From positions 4,887,200-4,951,199 of the forward strand of contig OZ199840.1 in the NCBI GenBank assembly GCA_964304625.1: DNA of 64,000 nucleotides, read 5' to 3'. Source of the stretch: Kudoa neothunni. Taxonomy: Eukaryota; Animalia; Cnidaria. Below, one piece after another: positions 28,260 through 39,892 of the stretch; position 1 is the stretch's first letter; every line of letters starts with the position of its first letter. Under the pieces are notes generated by a model. It did not search any database and was not told where the DNA came from. It was given only the letters and a program-made list of their open reading frames with translations. The translations under genes and the position numbers were made by a program.

Positions 28260-31110
28260 ATGAAACTACTGGTGCACTTCTTTGGAATTTTATTTCTTAT
28301 TTCTGGTAATTAATAATTAAATTTTTAATATTTTAATAAAATATAGCTACGTTAGTTTCACTTGATGTGGGAACTGTTGATGTTCAACTTCCTGTTGGAG
28401 AACAAGCTGCGGCTGCGGTACAAACTCAAAGTTCTAAACAAGCTCCTGCAAAGGCACTCAGTTACTCCGTTTTAAAAGGAGAGAGTGAAATAAAGGTTCG
28501 ATTAAAACTGACTGGTAGTGATTTTGATGGATCTAAAAGATGTTATATCCAAAAGTCTGCTGAAGACGTTAACAGTTATACAGACATAGATACATGTTCT
28601 GGTAGTGTGGGTCAGTTCCCAAATAATAATTGTTGTAGAACATGTGTGGGAGATGACAATAAATTGACCTTTGATAAATTTTCACCAAGGACTAAGTATG
28701 TGGTGGTTTTTACTGGGGACGCTACAGCAACAACAATCCAAAAAACTAATGATGGAACAGTATTCGGACTTGAATTAGGTAAACTAATGAGGTTTTATGT
28801 TTTCTTAATTCGTCATTAGCATTATTGGTTAATCCACAAGTTACAATAACAATCACAGAAGATAAGAAACTAAAATTAAGCACTGTCACATGCAAATCAG
28901 TTGCATGTCCCATATATTACAAAGGAGTACAATACGCAGCAGGAACTGCTTCAAGTACTAGTAATGATAACGAAGTGGAATTTGATTTGATGATACCTCA
29001 TTACGAAATGAGATGTGGTGGCTATCCAAGTTTCTTTTATAAATTGCAAAACACATATACTTTGATGAATATGGATGTTTATAAACCACAATATTATGTT
29101 AAATATAATGATAATGGTAAAAGTAAATATTTGATAAAATTCACAAACAAATTTCCCTTCGAAATATGTCGATTCAGTATTAAAGATAAGGATACTCCAG
29201 TTGATGCGGGTACAAATAATGAATATACTTCAAATTGTGGCGGAACAAAAAAAGAGTGTTACGCTCCTTGTAATGATGTCGAATTAACTTTTACTGCTTC
29301 AAAAACTATAGTCGATGTATTAATTCAAACCAGACATTTTTCTTTGAAAAAAGATAACACGAATTATTCCGGATATCACCAGAAAAAATTTGGTAATTTG
29401 AATATTTTAACTTATAAATAATCCCTCTTAGTTGTGACTGAACCTTCCGCATCTGGGAGTGCATTATTATCTAACACCAAAAAAGATGGTGTCACTTTGA
29501 ATGTTCCTCTATTTAATCCATCAGAAGACAACAAATTTGACAGTTGTACGGTGGCCTATTATGCAGCTGACAAACCACCACGAACTGATGGGGCAGGTGC
29601 TAAATGTGGTGGTTCGACTAGCTCATGTAAAACTGACTGCAACACTGCTTTAACAATAACTGAACTTTCAAATGGTAAACCATATATACTTACAATCACA
29701 CTCACAAAAACAACTGAATCCGCCTCAAACTTTAAAGAGCACATATTCTTTCGAACGGGTAGAGATATATATAAGTAATAATTTGTATTGATAATACTAT
29801 AGAAAACGATAACACAAAAACCTTTTCTGCTGTAAAACCAACTTTAGGCGAAAGAACCGCATCGATCAAGGCTATAGATGGCGTCGAATCTTTAAAACCT
29901 GTAGATATTACATGTGCTTATTATATTAGTCCCCGAGGAAAGGATGTGTACGTTTGTGCAATGTGCGTCGATAGCTATCCCTGTCGTGGTTACTGCAAGG
30001 AGACACAAACAATTGTTGGATTAAAATCAGGAACAGAATATGACCTTAAAGTTGTTGCTCATAAGGACTATGGCACCAAAATACATCAGATCACAACAGG
30101 TATATAATTAGTTAAAAAAATAAATAATGAATTTTAAGTGAAATCAACACTCACACTTGAGAAGCAATTTGTTGATAAGGGTTTCAAAATAATAGGAACA
30201 CTGTCTACCCCAGATGATACAGCTAAATGCCATTATAATGTCGAAATTAAAAATGGAGACAAATATAAGTTGATTTATCAATGTCCACAGGCATCTATTT
30301 CTACAGAACCAACAAAAGGATCCACTGTTAAATCTAATTCACCATCGTTATCTTCATGTACTGAGATTCCTTTATGTTCCGAAATATTATTCACTAACAA
30401 TTACGACCGATTAAAAAAATATCGTGTAGCAGTAACTACAGTCGATGGAAGAGTGGAAGCTAACCTTGAAATCCCAGAAAGTAAAATTTTTTCAAAAATC
30501 TCATATTACAATTATAAATAATATAAATGAATAAAATTAGATCCCCTACCAACAAACCAAGATTTAAACAAACAAATTATAATAAGCATAAAACGTGATG
30601 GAAACAAATTAAAAATCACCACGGTACTGCCACAGGGAATAGCCGAAGGCACTTGTGGTTGGGAATTAAGAGATTCAACCAATCCTGATAAAGTTTTAAT
30701 TAAATCATGTAATGGGGAAAACGATGGAGGTTGTGCAAGACTTCCAAAATGTAAAGAATTTGAAATCGTTGACGTTGAAGACACAAACGATTATCATTTG
30801 ACGGTTTACGTAAGCAATGACCAATCAATCAAAGGAAGTAGTGAAATCAAGAAAGGTGAATATGAACCGTCATTAAATTATTCATTCCATTTTAGGTGAA
30901 ACGTTTGATACAATGAAATCTACGTAATCTGATTCTCATTTAACTAGTTTATTTATATTTTTATTTTAGATCCAAAAATACCATGTAAAAATACATATTA
31001 CTGCTATATATTAACATAATTAATTATATAGAATAATACTAGTAGCAGCTGTTGTAGGTGTGGTTGTCCTTGCAGCGGTTATAGTTGTTTTCATAAAGAA
31101 GAAGAATTAG
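28260..31110 (+). CDS. FN3-like module type I membrane protein, copy 4 (817 aa by my splice model)
   Basis: Exons 28260-28305, 28347-28778, 28820-29392, 29432-29758, 29803-30099, 30139-30480, 30541-30855, 30896-30923, 30970-30984, 31032-31110. All introns are GT-AG, 39-60 nt, and the 2454-nt total stays in frame. Signal peptide MKLLVHFFGILFLISA, FN3 motif [41 protein letters not shown], tail KKKN. Confidence 0.92.
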
Positions 31111-31652
31111 CCAACTAATATTTAATTAATAACTTTATTTATTATATAGAACCTTTCCTAGCTAAATGTTTGAATTTTACCTCGTCTTTTTTATAATTAT
31201 TCTTAATTTCATCAAAGTTGATAGTTAGAGTAGGTAATTGATAGTATCCTAACTTAACATTTAATTGAATTCGCGCTAGCACACAAATATTCAATTTAAA
31301 TCACGGCAAATTAATGATGAATATTTTCGTGTTAATCTAATTGACTAATAGTCAACAACAACAATTTTGGAAATTTCACATACGTATTTATCTTTTAAAA
31401 TGTTAATTATGTTTGTAAAAAATTCATTAAATACGAATGCTAATTTAAAATTTTAAATGTGTTATTAGATTTGGAGTTGTTACTTCCCCTAGGACTAGAT
31501 AAACCGCACATGCGGATTATTCGGATCCGTTAAGGGTGCCAGAGGTTGGGGTTTTTATGGTCACCTTGGGTTCTTGGAGGGTTTTTTCATTTTTAAAAAA
31601 TCTTAGATTTTTATAGAAAACTAGTAAACTTTTAATAATAGCATAAAATTTT

Positions 31653-34600
31653 GGTAATGGTATAGTGTGTAGCTCCCAAAATTCTGCCCCTTGCGCATCT
31701 GTAAATTTACCGAAATAAGACCGATTCGAATATTTACAATTTTAAAATATGGGCCAACTATACATCTTTTTCAAATTACAATTATAAAATTTTTTCATCA
31801 ATCTTCGTTCGTCTCATCGCGATACGCTCACTAGAATGCGCATTCAACATTGATGTAATTTTCTACTTGTAATTTATTTAATAATGAACTTTTAACTTAA
31901 GACCCATTAAATTATTATTATTTTAATAATACTTTTACCTCATGGTAGTATTGTTAGGGTGATTTATAATAAAACGTCTCTTTTGACAAAAATAAGACGA
32001 TAGATGTAACTTTTATTGCACATACCTATATATAACATTTGTTTAACAAATTTTCTAGCTTATGAATTTTTTAATTCCTCGTTGAATGTGTCTACAGTAA
32101 GTTAAGCGACAAATAAATGGATCATATCTATTTTCTTACGTCATTGACGCAATTTAATGAGGCAATAATAAATATAATAATGTATTATTATCGTGATTAA
32201 CCCTCCAAGTAAAATGGGATGTATTTCCACCCCAGGAGATTGTTGATGACAATTTTGTCCCATTACAGACGCGATAGATACAATTCATATTTCTGCTAAA
32301 TTTTTAAATTTATGTAACACGTAAAACGCGAAGACAAAATTAAAATTTTTTTTATTGTGACTTTAATTAACGCTAAAACAGCTTCCGAGTAAAATTGGGG
32401 TGTATTTACATCCCAAGTTTTTTGATATAATTATTTAAACTATTTTTAGAAATATATTTGGAACTTTTAGATAATTCTAATGGTAAAATAACCCCTAAAC
32501 TGACAATAACTTATTTAGTTTAATGAATACGCGCGCGAAAAGTAATGAGTTAATGTGATTACAGTGGTAGTTGTTCTGATTATGATTTCTTATTTGATGA
32601 TAATATATCATCAGATAATGAACATTGTACCATTAATGTACCACCATTCTCATTAGTTGATAAACATGGAGTGCTGTGGACAACCGAAAAACCCATAGCC
32701 TCTAGAACGTCAGCTGGAAATGTTATAAATATTCATCCAGACCTTTCTCATCATATATCTCAAAATGTTGACGAATCTGTTGACAATGCCAAGGTGTTAT
32801 TTAATCATGATATGTACAAAGTTATTTTAAAATTAACAAACGAATATGGAGAAAAATTGTTTGGTCATGCTTGGATAAAATTAGACGAAACCGAACTTGA
32901 TAGCTTTATCAGATGTTTAATTTTAATGAGCATATATAAAATCAACCATGAACCTGTTAAGGAATTATTTGGATATGAAGAAGGACGAAAAATATACCTT
33001 GATCTTTTGTCATTAACAAGATTTCGACAAATTATAGGGGCACTTCACTTTGATGACTCTGAAACTAACTTACTTGAGAAAAGTTAACGCCAAATTTTGG
33101 CATATCGGGGATCTTTGGAACATTTGGGTTGGTTTACTTAATCGTAGCTTTCGCCCATATGAAGATCTCTGCGTCGACGAACAACTTGTTGCATTAACAG
33201 GTCGCTGCAAATTCAGTGTATGCCTATGAAGCCTGCCAAGTATGGGATTAAGTTTTTTCTTGGTTGAACCTAGATCAACATATGTTTGCAATTTGTCCGT
33301 CGTCTTGGGTAAGCGGTCTCAGAATGGCACAAGAACTGTTAATGATGGGAAAAACATTGTTTTGCAACTTACTGAACCAATCATAAAATCTGGACGGAAC
33401 ATTGTTTGTGACAACTTTTTCACATCAATTGAGTTAGCTGATGAGTTGTTAAATAAAAAACTTACAATTATCGGAGCCATGCGTGCAAACAAGCGTGACA
33501 TTCCATTCTATCTACGACCTCAAAGAGACACCCCGTTATATTCGCCTCTTTTTGTATTTAATAACAAATAGATGATATTAAGTTATTTACTGAGGAAGAA
33601 CAAGCCTGTATATATGCTTTGTTCATCTTCAAGTAATACACGCTGCAACTGAAGTGCCATTTAAGCCTGACATTGTATCACAGTATAATTCGATAAAAGG
33701 GGGAGTTGATACCATCGCAAGGTTAGTGGCTTCAATTAGTGTCAGAAGAATCAATCGTCGTTGGCAACAAATTTTGTCTTTCAATATGATCGATATTACC
33801 TTGATAAATGCTTTTTGCATATTCAAGGAACTCTTCTGTTTGTCTTATCAGAAGAGATTTCTTGAGAATGATGATTGAGCAAATGGTACGTCCACTGTTA
33901 TCAATAAAAAGTCAAAGTATTCAACCCTACATTAGACTTATTGTAGCACGGGAAACGACTCTTCAAGGCAGATGTCGATTATTTGAGAGAAAAAATGACA
34001 AAAAACTTCCTAAAAGTGTGGATTTTGTGATAATTTTTATTGAATAAAATAGTCGTAATGTATTCGTCTTATCTGTTGTAATAAATAATACACATATTAG
34101 TTTGTCTATTTGTTGATTTTTATGTGTACTTACAGTTCTAAAAAATTGGTCAATTTTCTTTGTACGATTAAGGTTGAGCATTAATAGATGCATGTAAATT
34201 TTTCTGAGCGCCAATACATCCAAGTATACCCACGCGTACGCATCGAATGTTTAACAATGTTTTCTCGTTAATTACACAAAACTTTTTCTCATTACACGGG
34301 AATTTATATCTATTATTTACCAATAATTTGGTTAAAAAACCTGGGGTGTATTTACACTATAATTTTACTCGGAAGGTGTAAATTTTCATGTGTCTTAGAG
34401 GGCTAAGTATAAATATGTTAAACTCGTTTTTATTGATGCTCTCGATAAATCGTCGTTTATGATTTTAAAAGTACTCATAAATTTCTTCGATATATCCCAT
34501 ATAATATTGTAATTATACAAAAAACCGATAACGAAATTAATTTATGTTTAAACCAGGTGCCTGCCTCCATGAGCCAAATATGGTTTAGCTTATAATTATA

Positions 34601-35758
34601 GACAATCGCACAACTACTAATTATAAAACCCAAATACATTGAATGTCATACTTAATTATGCTTGGTTCTAAATTTCTCAACAACTTCAAAATAAATAACA
34701 AATAAGTAAGTCGAAACAGATGAATAAATTAATATGTAATTATTTAATAGCCATCTACCACATGAAAATAAACAAGATATTGAAAACAAACAAAATTTTA
34801 TTTTAATTCATGGTTAAATGCCAGTCACTCGGGTACAAGGTAGGTATCTTGTTAAGAATACAACCTAAAAATTCACAATAATCATTCTAAATTGATCGCA
34901 ACCATTCTTCATGTAGATAACAATCCAATAGATTTTTAAGTACACTTTGAGTATATATATGAATATTTTCCGATAATTTGGTTGCCATCTTCAGATGATG
35001 AATCATTACTTATTCTTCTTCTTATATTTTTAATTTTTAACGAATTACGCCTGCAACAATTTTCGCATTTGTCAGGGCTTCGGAGTAAATTTTTCTCGAC
35101 TACGAATTTCATTAGTTTTCTCTCTATCAAGTAGTAAACTGTAAAATTGGCGCTGACCCTTGATTAACATCATGATGTGGAGACAGTCTAACAAAGCGCC
35201 AGCCAGAAATCATGCATTCTCAGAATTCCTATTACTGTGGTTAATATTATACATTAAAACCCGTGAGTTTTGTTTTTAATTAAGAAAAGTATGGAGATTA
35301 AGTATTCACTATTTATTCTTGTATATTGAATTAAGGATTCACAAGGGAACATAAGTTATATTAAAATTATAAATTTAGATAAGCATTAGAGAGCAATAAA
35401 AGTATTCACTGATTCTACATATTCTCCATACATAATAATGCTGATTCCTATCAAAACCTATTAACAAAAGGTAAAAATATCATTAAAAAAATAATAATTT
35501 AATGAGCAATAAGTTAAAAAGTCATCATCAAATAAATTACAAGTAGAAAATTACATAAATGTTAAATACGCATTCTAGTGAGCGTGTCTCGATATGAATC
35601 GAATGAAGGTTAATGCAAAAATTTTATAATTGTAATTCTAAATTAATGTGTGGTTAGCCCATATTTTAAAATCGTAATAACTCAATTTTTAATAAAATCA
35701 GGAAGATAAGAGTTGCGCAACAGGCTTTATTTTTGGAGCTACATATTATACCATTACC
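31653..35758 (-). mobile_element. Internally deleted Merlin-type element with about 290-bp TIRs
   Basis: 31653-31940 and 35470-35758 are diverged inverted repeats starting GGTAATGGTATA. Flanks AAAATTTT and AAAATTAC. Residual Zn-ribbon-like ORF (NLLRSPDKCENC) at 34936-35130. Confidence 0.75.
32201..34402 (+). mobile_element. piggyBac transposon, fragmented transposase
   Basis: TTAA|CCCTCCAAG ... CTTAGAGGG|CTAA ends, with subterminal inverted repeats at 32382-32424 and 34335-34375. Motifs LHFDD, VDEQLVAL.GRC, KPAKYGIK, RNIVCDNFFTSI, YNSIKGGVD. Confidence 0.92.
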
Positions 35759-38700
35759 AAAATTACAAGTCGTTTTGATCACATTGTCATTTTGGCGAGT
35801 ACATTTATAACATCTTTTTTAATTTGTTTAACGTGATATTTCCTCAAAAATATTATGTTCTGGAATATCTATAATAGATTTCTTTTAAATTAATCATATT
35901 GATTACTTTTATTTTCAATTTGCGATTGTAACAGTTGCATCGCTAAAGTCTTAAGGAAATCTTTCCTTTGCACTTTTATATTTATTTTGAGACCATATAT
36001 AATGTATGAATTAATAAAAGTTACGTATAATGAAGTGTGAAAAATAACAGCTGGTCTTCTTTTAATTTTTCTATGACTGGAATAACTGGCATACATTTGA
36101 TCTATTGTGTCAACTCTTCCTCTAGAGGATTAGTTGTAAAAATTAATCATCTCAGGAAGCTTTTTTGGATGCTTCGTATCGATAATGGGCTTGTGATGAA
36201 ACCAACTTAGAATAGGGACGGATTTTTTCTTTTTGGATACATAGGATAATAATGTAAGATTTTTTGTAAATGAAAATTTTGATGTAAATTGCTCTCGTGT
36301 TTTTGAAGGTAAATGAGTGGAGGGGATTTCTTTTTTATTCTTTCTTATAGTCCAAACCACAGTCATGCCATTGTTTAGAAATTCTTCAAAAAGTGGGACA
36401 GAAATGAACCAATTGTCAAAAGTTATATTTCTCCCATATTGTAACACTGATTTTACAAGACGCATTATTAAACGCTGTGGAGAATTATCAACTTTATATA
36501 CACTGCCACATTGATTAAGCTCCAATGTATACCTCAAGGTTTAGTGTATAATCTGTTTTAGAGTCACATAAATTAGAATCTTTATGCCATATTTGGAAGG
36601 TTTTGATGGAATATATTGTTTGAAAATACATCGTCCTCAAAACGACCTCAGCATTTCGTCAATAGTGAGATACTCTGTGGGGCTGTAATATTTCATAAAT
36701 TCGGAGTTGATATAATTGAAAATATCTCTTATTTTGGAAAATTTATCCTGATTTGAGTTCACTGATTCGGTAGAATCATCGTTATAGCGTAGGTATCTTT
36801 TTAAAAGTTTAAATCTGTTACTGCTGAACTGAATGTCTTTCTGAGAATAGCGAAACCAAAATCCTCATCAGTCGAAGTTCCTGCATATCTTTTAGATTCT
36901 CTTTTTTTTACCTAAAAAATAGTGTAGACCAATAAATTCCTTCAATTCATAAAAATCGAATTCAACGCAATCCCGTAATCTTGTGAAATTTGATTGTATC
37001 TTCTTCATATGATTATTTGCAAACGTCAATATTCGAGGTAGTATTTCATCAGTAATGAATAGACCCAAAATTCGAGACTATGTATACGTCATCAGGGATT
37101 TTTATTTGATGTTTCTCCATAATCATATCATGCTTCCTTTTCTTTGAAAATAGTCCTACAAGCCTCTGGCACCAATCAAATTTAGTAGTTAGTAACTCTG
37201 GATTCAAAATAGACGACGTGTTATCTCTATGTTCATCTATGTCACTTTGGAGCTATTATTCTCGCATTCATCATCAAAAAAACATGGTACACACGAAATT
37301 TGAGCTATATGAATCTGACTTGGAAAAATCAGATTCATCGTTATGGAAGTTGCAAAATCTGTTTTGACTCATCGAATTATAATATATTATAGAATAGCCA
37401 AAAATCTATATACATAATAAAGTTTTTATGTCTGTCCGTGTGTGTGTGTGTCAGTTTGCAGTAGTACACATGTGCCACGGAGAAATTTTCTTTAAATATA
37501 GCTGTAAGTTTGTATTTGACTAGATAAAACCATTAATGAAAATCGATCATTCACTTAGAAGTATAAATATAGTCAATAACACAGTCCGAAGTAAGGAATT
37601 TTCTGGTTGTCTTCACAAATAGAAGATTAAAAACACCTGAATAATATTGATATTTGTTTACTTCTGATTGATAGCCAATTAATATGAACTTTTACTCACT
37701 ATATAGAAAAAGAATCTCTTAATTATGGTATAAATATTCTAAAAATTTTACATAAGCCTGTTCGGAGAACTTTTGAGACAAATAAACCTATTAACGCCAC
37801 ATTTACAAGAGTTGTCATATTTCCCTTAAAATTTGAAGCATAAACAAGTTATTTGGTATGTATTTTCTCTTTTCGAGCGTTATGGATATAGTTCAGCAAA
37901 AAAGATTACGATCATTTTAAATAAAACACATAATTTGAATCTCTATATGTATCCTAATTATTCCTTACCCCAGACCTTGAGGTTAATATTCAAATTAATA
38001 TACTGTTTTCTTTATGCTTGAATTAATTTATTATGATATAAAAGCTGCATAAAAATACAGTCCCTTCTCAATGCGTGCCATGTAAGTTAATAAGAAATTA
38101 TTGATCTATTCGATCTAACCGATATTTTCATAAAGTTTTCGTTAATCTAAGAATAGTTCAGTACGAAGAGATTTTTTTAGGGCAGTTAAACAGTACGTTA
38201 ATTTTTAAAAGGGTGCACTCGTTCAAGGAAACCAGTTGATGTTTAAGCATTACTGCAATTTTTCAAACCAAAAACACCTTTACATTTTTTATTTAATCTC
38301 ACTTTGTTAATTAAATGTGTATATTTTTGAACCAGTAAGTATTCCTGATAAAAAGCAAGGTTGGATTTATTTATAAATAGGGGAATTTTGTTACAATAAT
38401 GAATACGTAAGTTACCGCTCACAACTTTTTAAAACATCATTGGCATCATTATAAAATTGCGAAAAAGGAGTAACAACTAATATTTAAATTTCGGAGACAT
38501 CTTAGGTTGATTTTATTTTTTTTATCGTTTGTAGACTAATAAATTTTATAACTAGAAGGATTAATTTTTATCGCATGATTTTGAAAATAACTGAAAGTCC
38601 TATTTAAGTTACTTAATGATTTGGTTTCATAAATAACTGAACTTTAATCGCTAATTATATTTCTCTTAAAATTATGGTCATAATAGTTTTGGCCAATAAT

Positions 38701-39110
38701 TTGTAAAATAAACTTAAACATACTCATTAATTTCTCTCCATACCTCTATTTATATTTGAATAGAAAATGTGCGCATAATTTCGTTTATCTAAATCATCAC
38801 ATTGCAAAAATAACGACAAGCTTTAAAATGCATAAATTAAAATATAAAAATAAAATTAAAAGTTAAAATTTCCCATCACACTGTACCACGCAAAACTGGG
38901 CATTAGCGCTATTTACTTAAAAATTAAAAAGGCTATAGTCTACGCCAGGTGTTAGCCTACTTGGCTGAGCAAGGAAGCCTTCGCGAAGCGGGGATTTTGC
39001 GCTAGTATGTGAATAAATGTGGTATATACACAGAAGTTATTGTAGAACACGAGTTATCGCGCAAAAAATATCACTTGGGGTCCGTTGGACCCTACGCGTG
39101 TCACAAAATG
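35759..39110 (-). mobile_element. Second piggyBac, degenerate, interrupted by a Helitron
   Basis: GRNITFDNWFISV, TIRKNKKEIP, LPEMINFYN, KPSKYGIK and C-terminal RCYKC..TTC. Terminus GGGGTCCGTTGGACCC...ATG|TTAA at 39111. The other end is not resolved. Confidence 0.85.
37405..39005 (+). mobile_element. Non-autonomous Helitron
   Basis: A|TCTATATACATAATAAAG followed by a (GT)n tract. The 3' end has palindrome CTTCGCGAAG then GCGCTAG|T. Inserted in an AT dinucleotide with no TSD. Confidence 0.88.
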
Positions 39111-39114
39111 TTAA

Positions 39115-39500
39115 CATACTTCCTGATCCTACCGTATATTGTTATCGACTGATCCATTATATCAAGAATGTTGTTCATATTTTTCTTTACAGCTATTTAT
39201 AAAAAAAATAATCGACTAGATTAAGTTTTTTGGGAAACATCATTTAAGGGACGATTATATAAATATGGATCCTAATGATTTGAAAGGTTATTTCGATATC
39301 CTAATTCTAATGGCTATGCAAAAAGAATTGTGAGGAACCATTATCTGAACCATTCAGTTTGTCAGAAGGTTAAGATGATTTATTGAAAAAATGTAGCTGT
39401 TTGACTACTTCGATAATTCGGATCTAATTCTTAAAAAATTCATGATTGTTTTCTATACATGAGAATATTTATTTTTCAATTTGTCAATAAAAAAGGTTCT
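39115..39500 (+). repeat. Second copy of the piggyBac-like relic seen at 631-1470
   Basis: Shared blocks such as CCGTATATTGTTATC, AAACATCATTTAA.GGACGATT and CCATTATCTGAACCATTCAGTTTGTCAGAAGGT. Confidence 0.85.
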
Positions 39501-39892
39501 CAATTAAAATATGTAAACAGAATATATAATATTGTGTGGTTATGGAGAAATTCGTTTTCGTGGCAATAGCCAGCCCCAACATGGGATTATACGCCAGTGT
39601 GGTAATAGCCCCTGCCTTTAATGAATATTGGTCTAACACAATTTTATCATTTTCAGAGAAAAATATATTTATGAAAATGACAATATTATCGATTCGCCTG
39701 GATTTAAACCGGGCGTTTGTGTATTAGTGCCAATTCAATTAAATATAAATTTAGGATACTATCAATTACCTACTGTAACTATCAACTCTGTGAAACTTAA
39801 GATTAATTATAAACAAGACTGAAAAAATTTCAATATCTAACGAAAAAAGTTTCTATTTAATGAATAAAAATCATTAATTCAATATCAATTGA

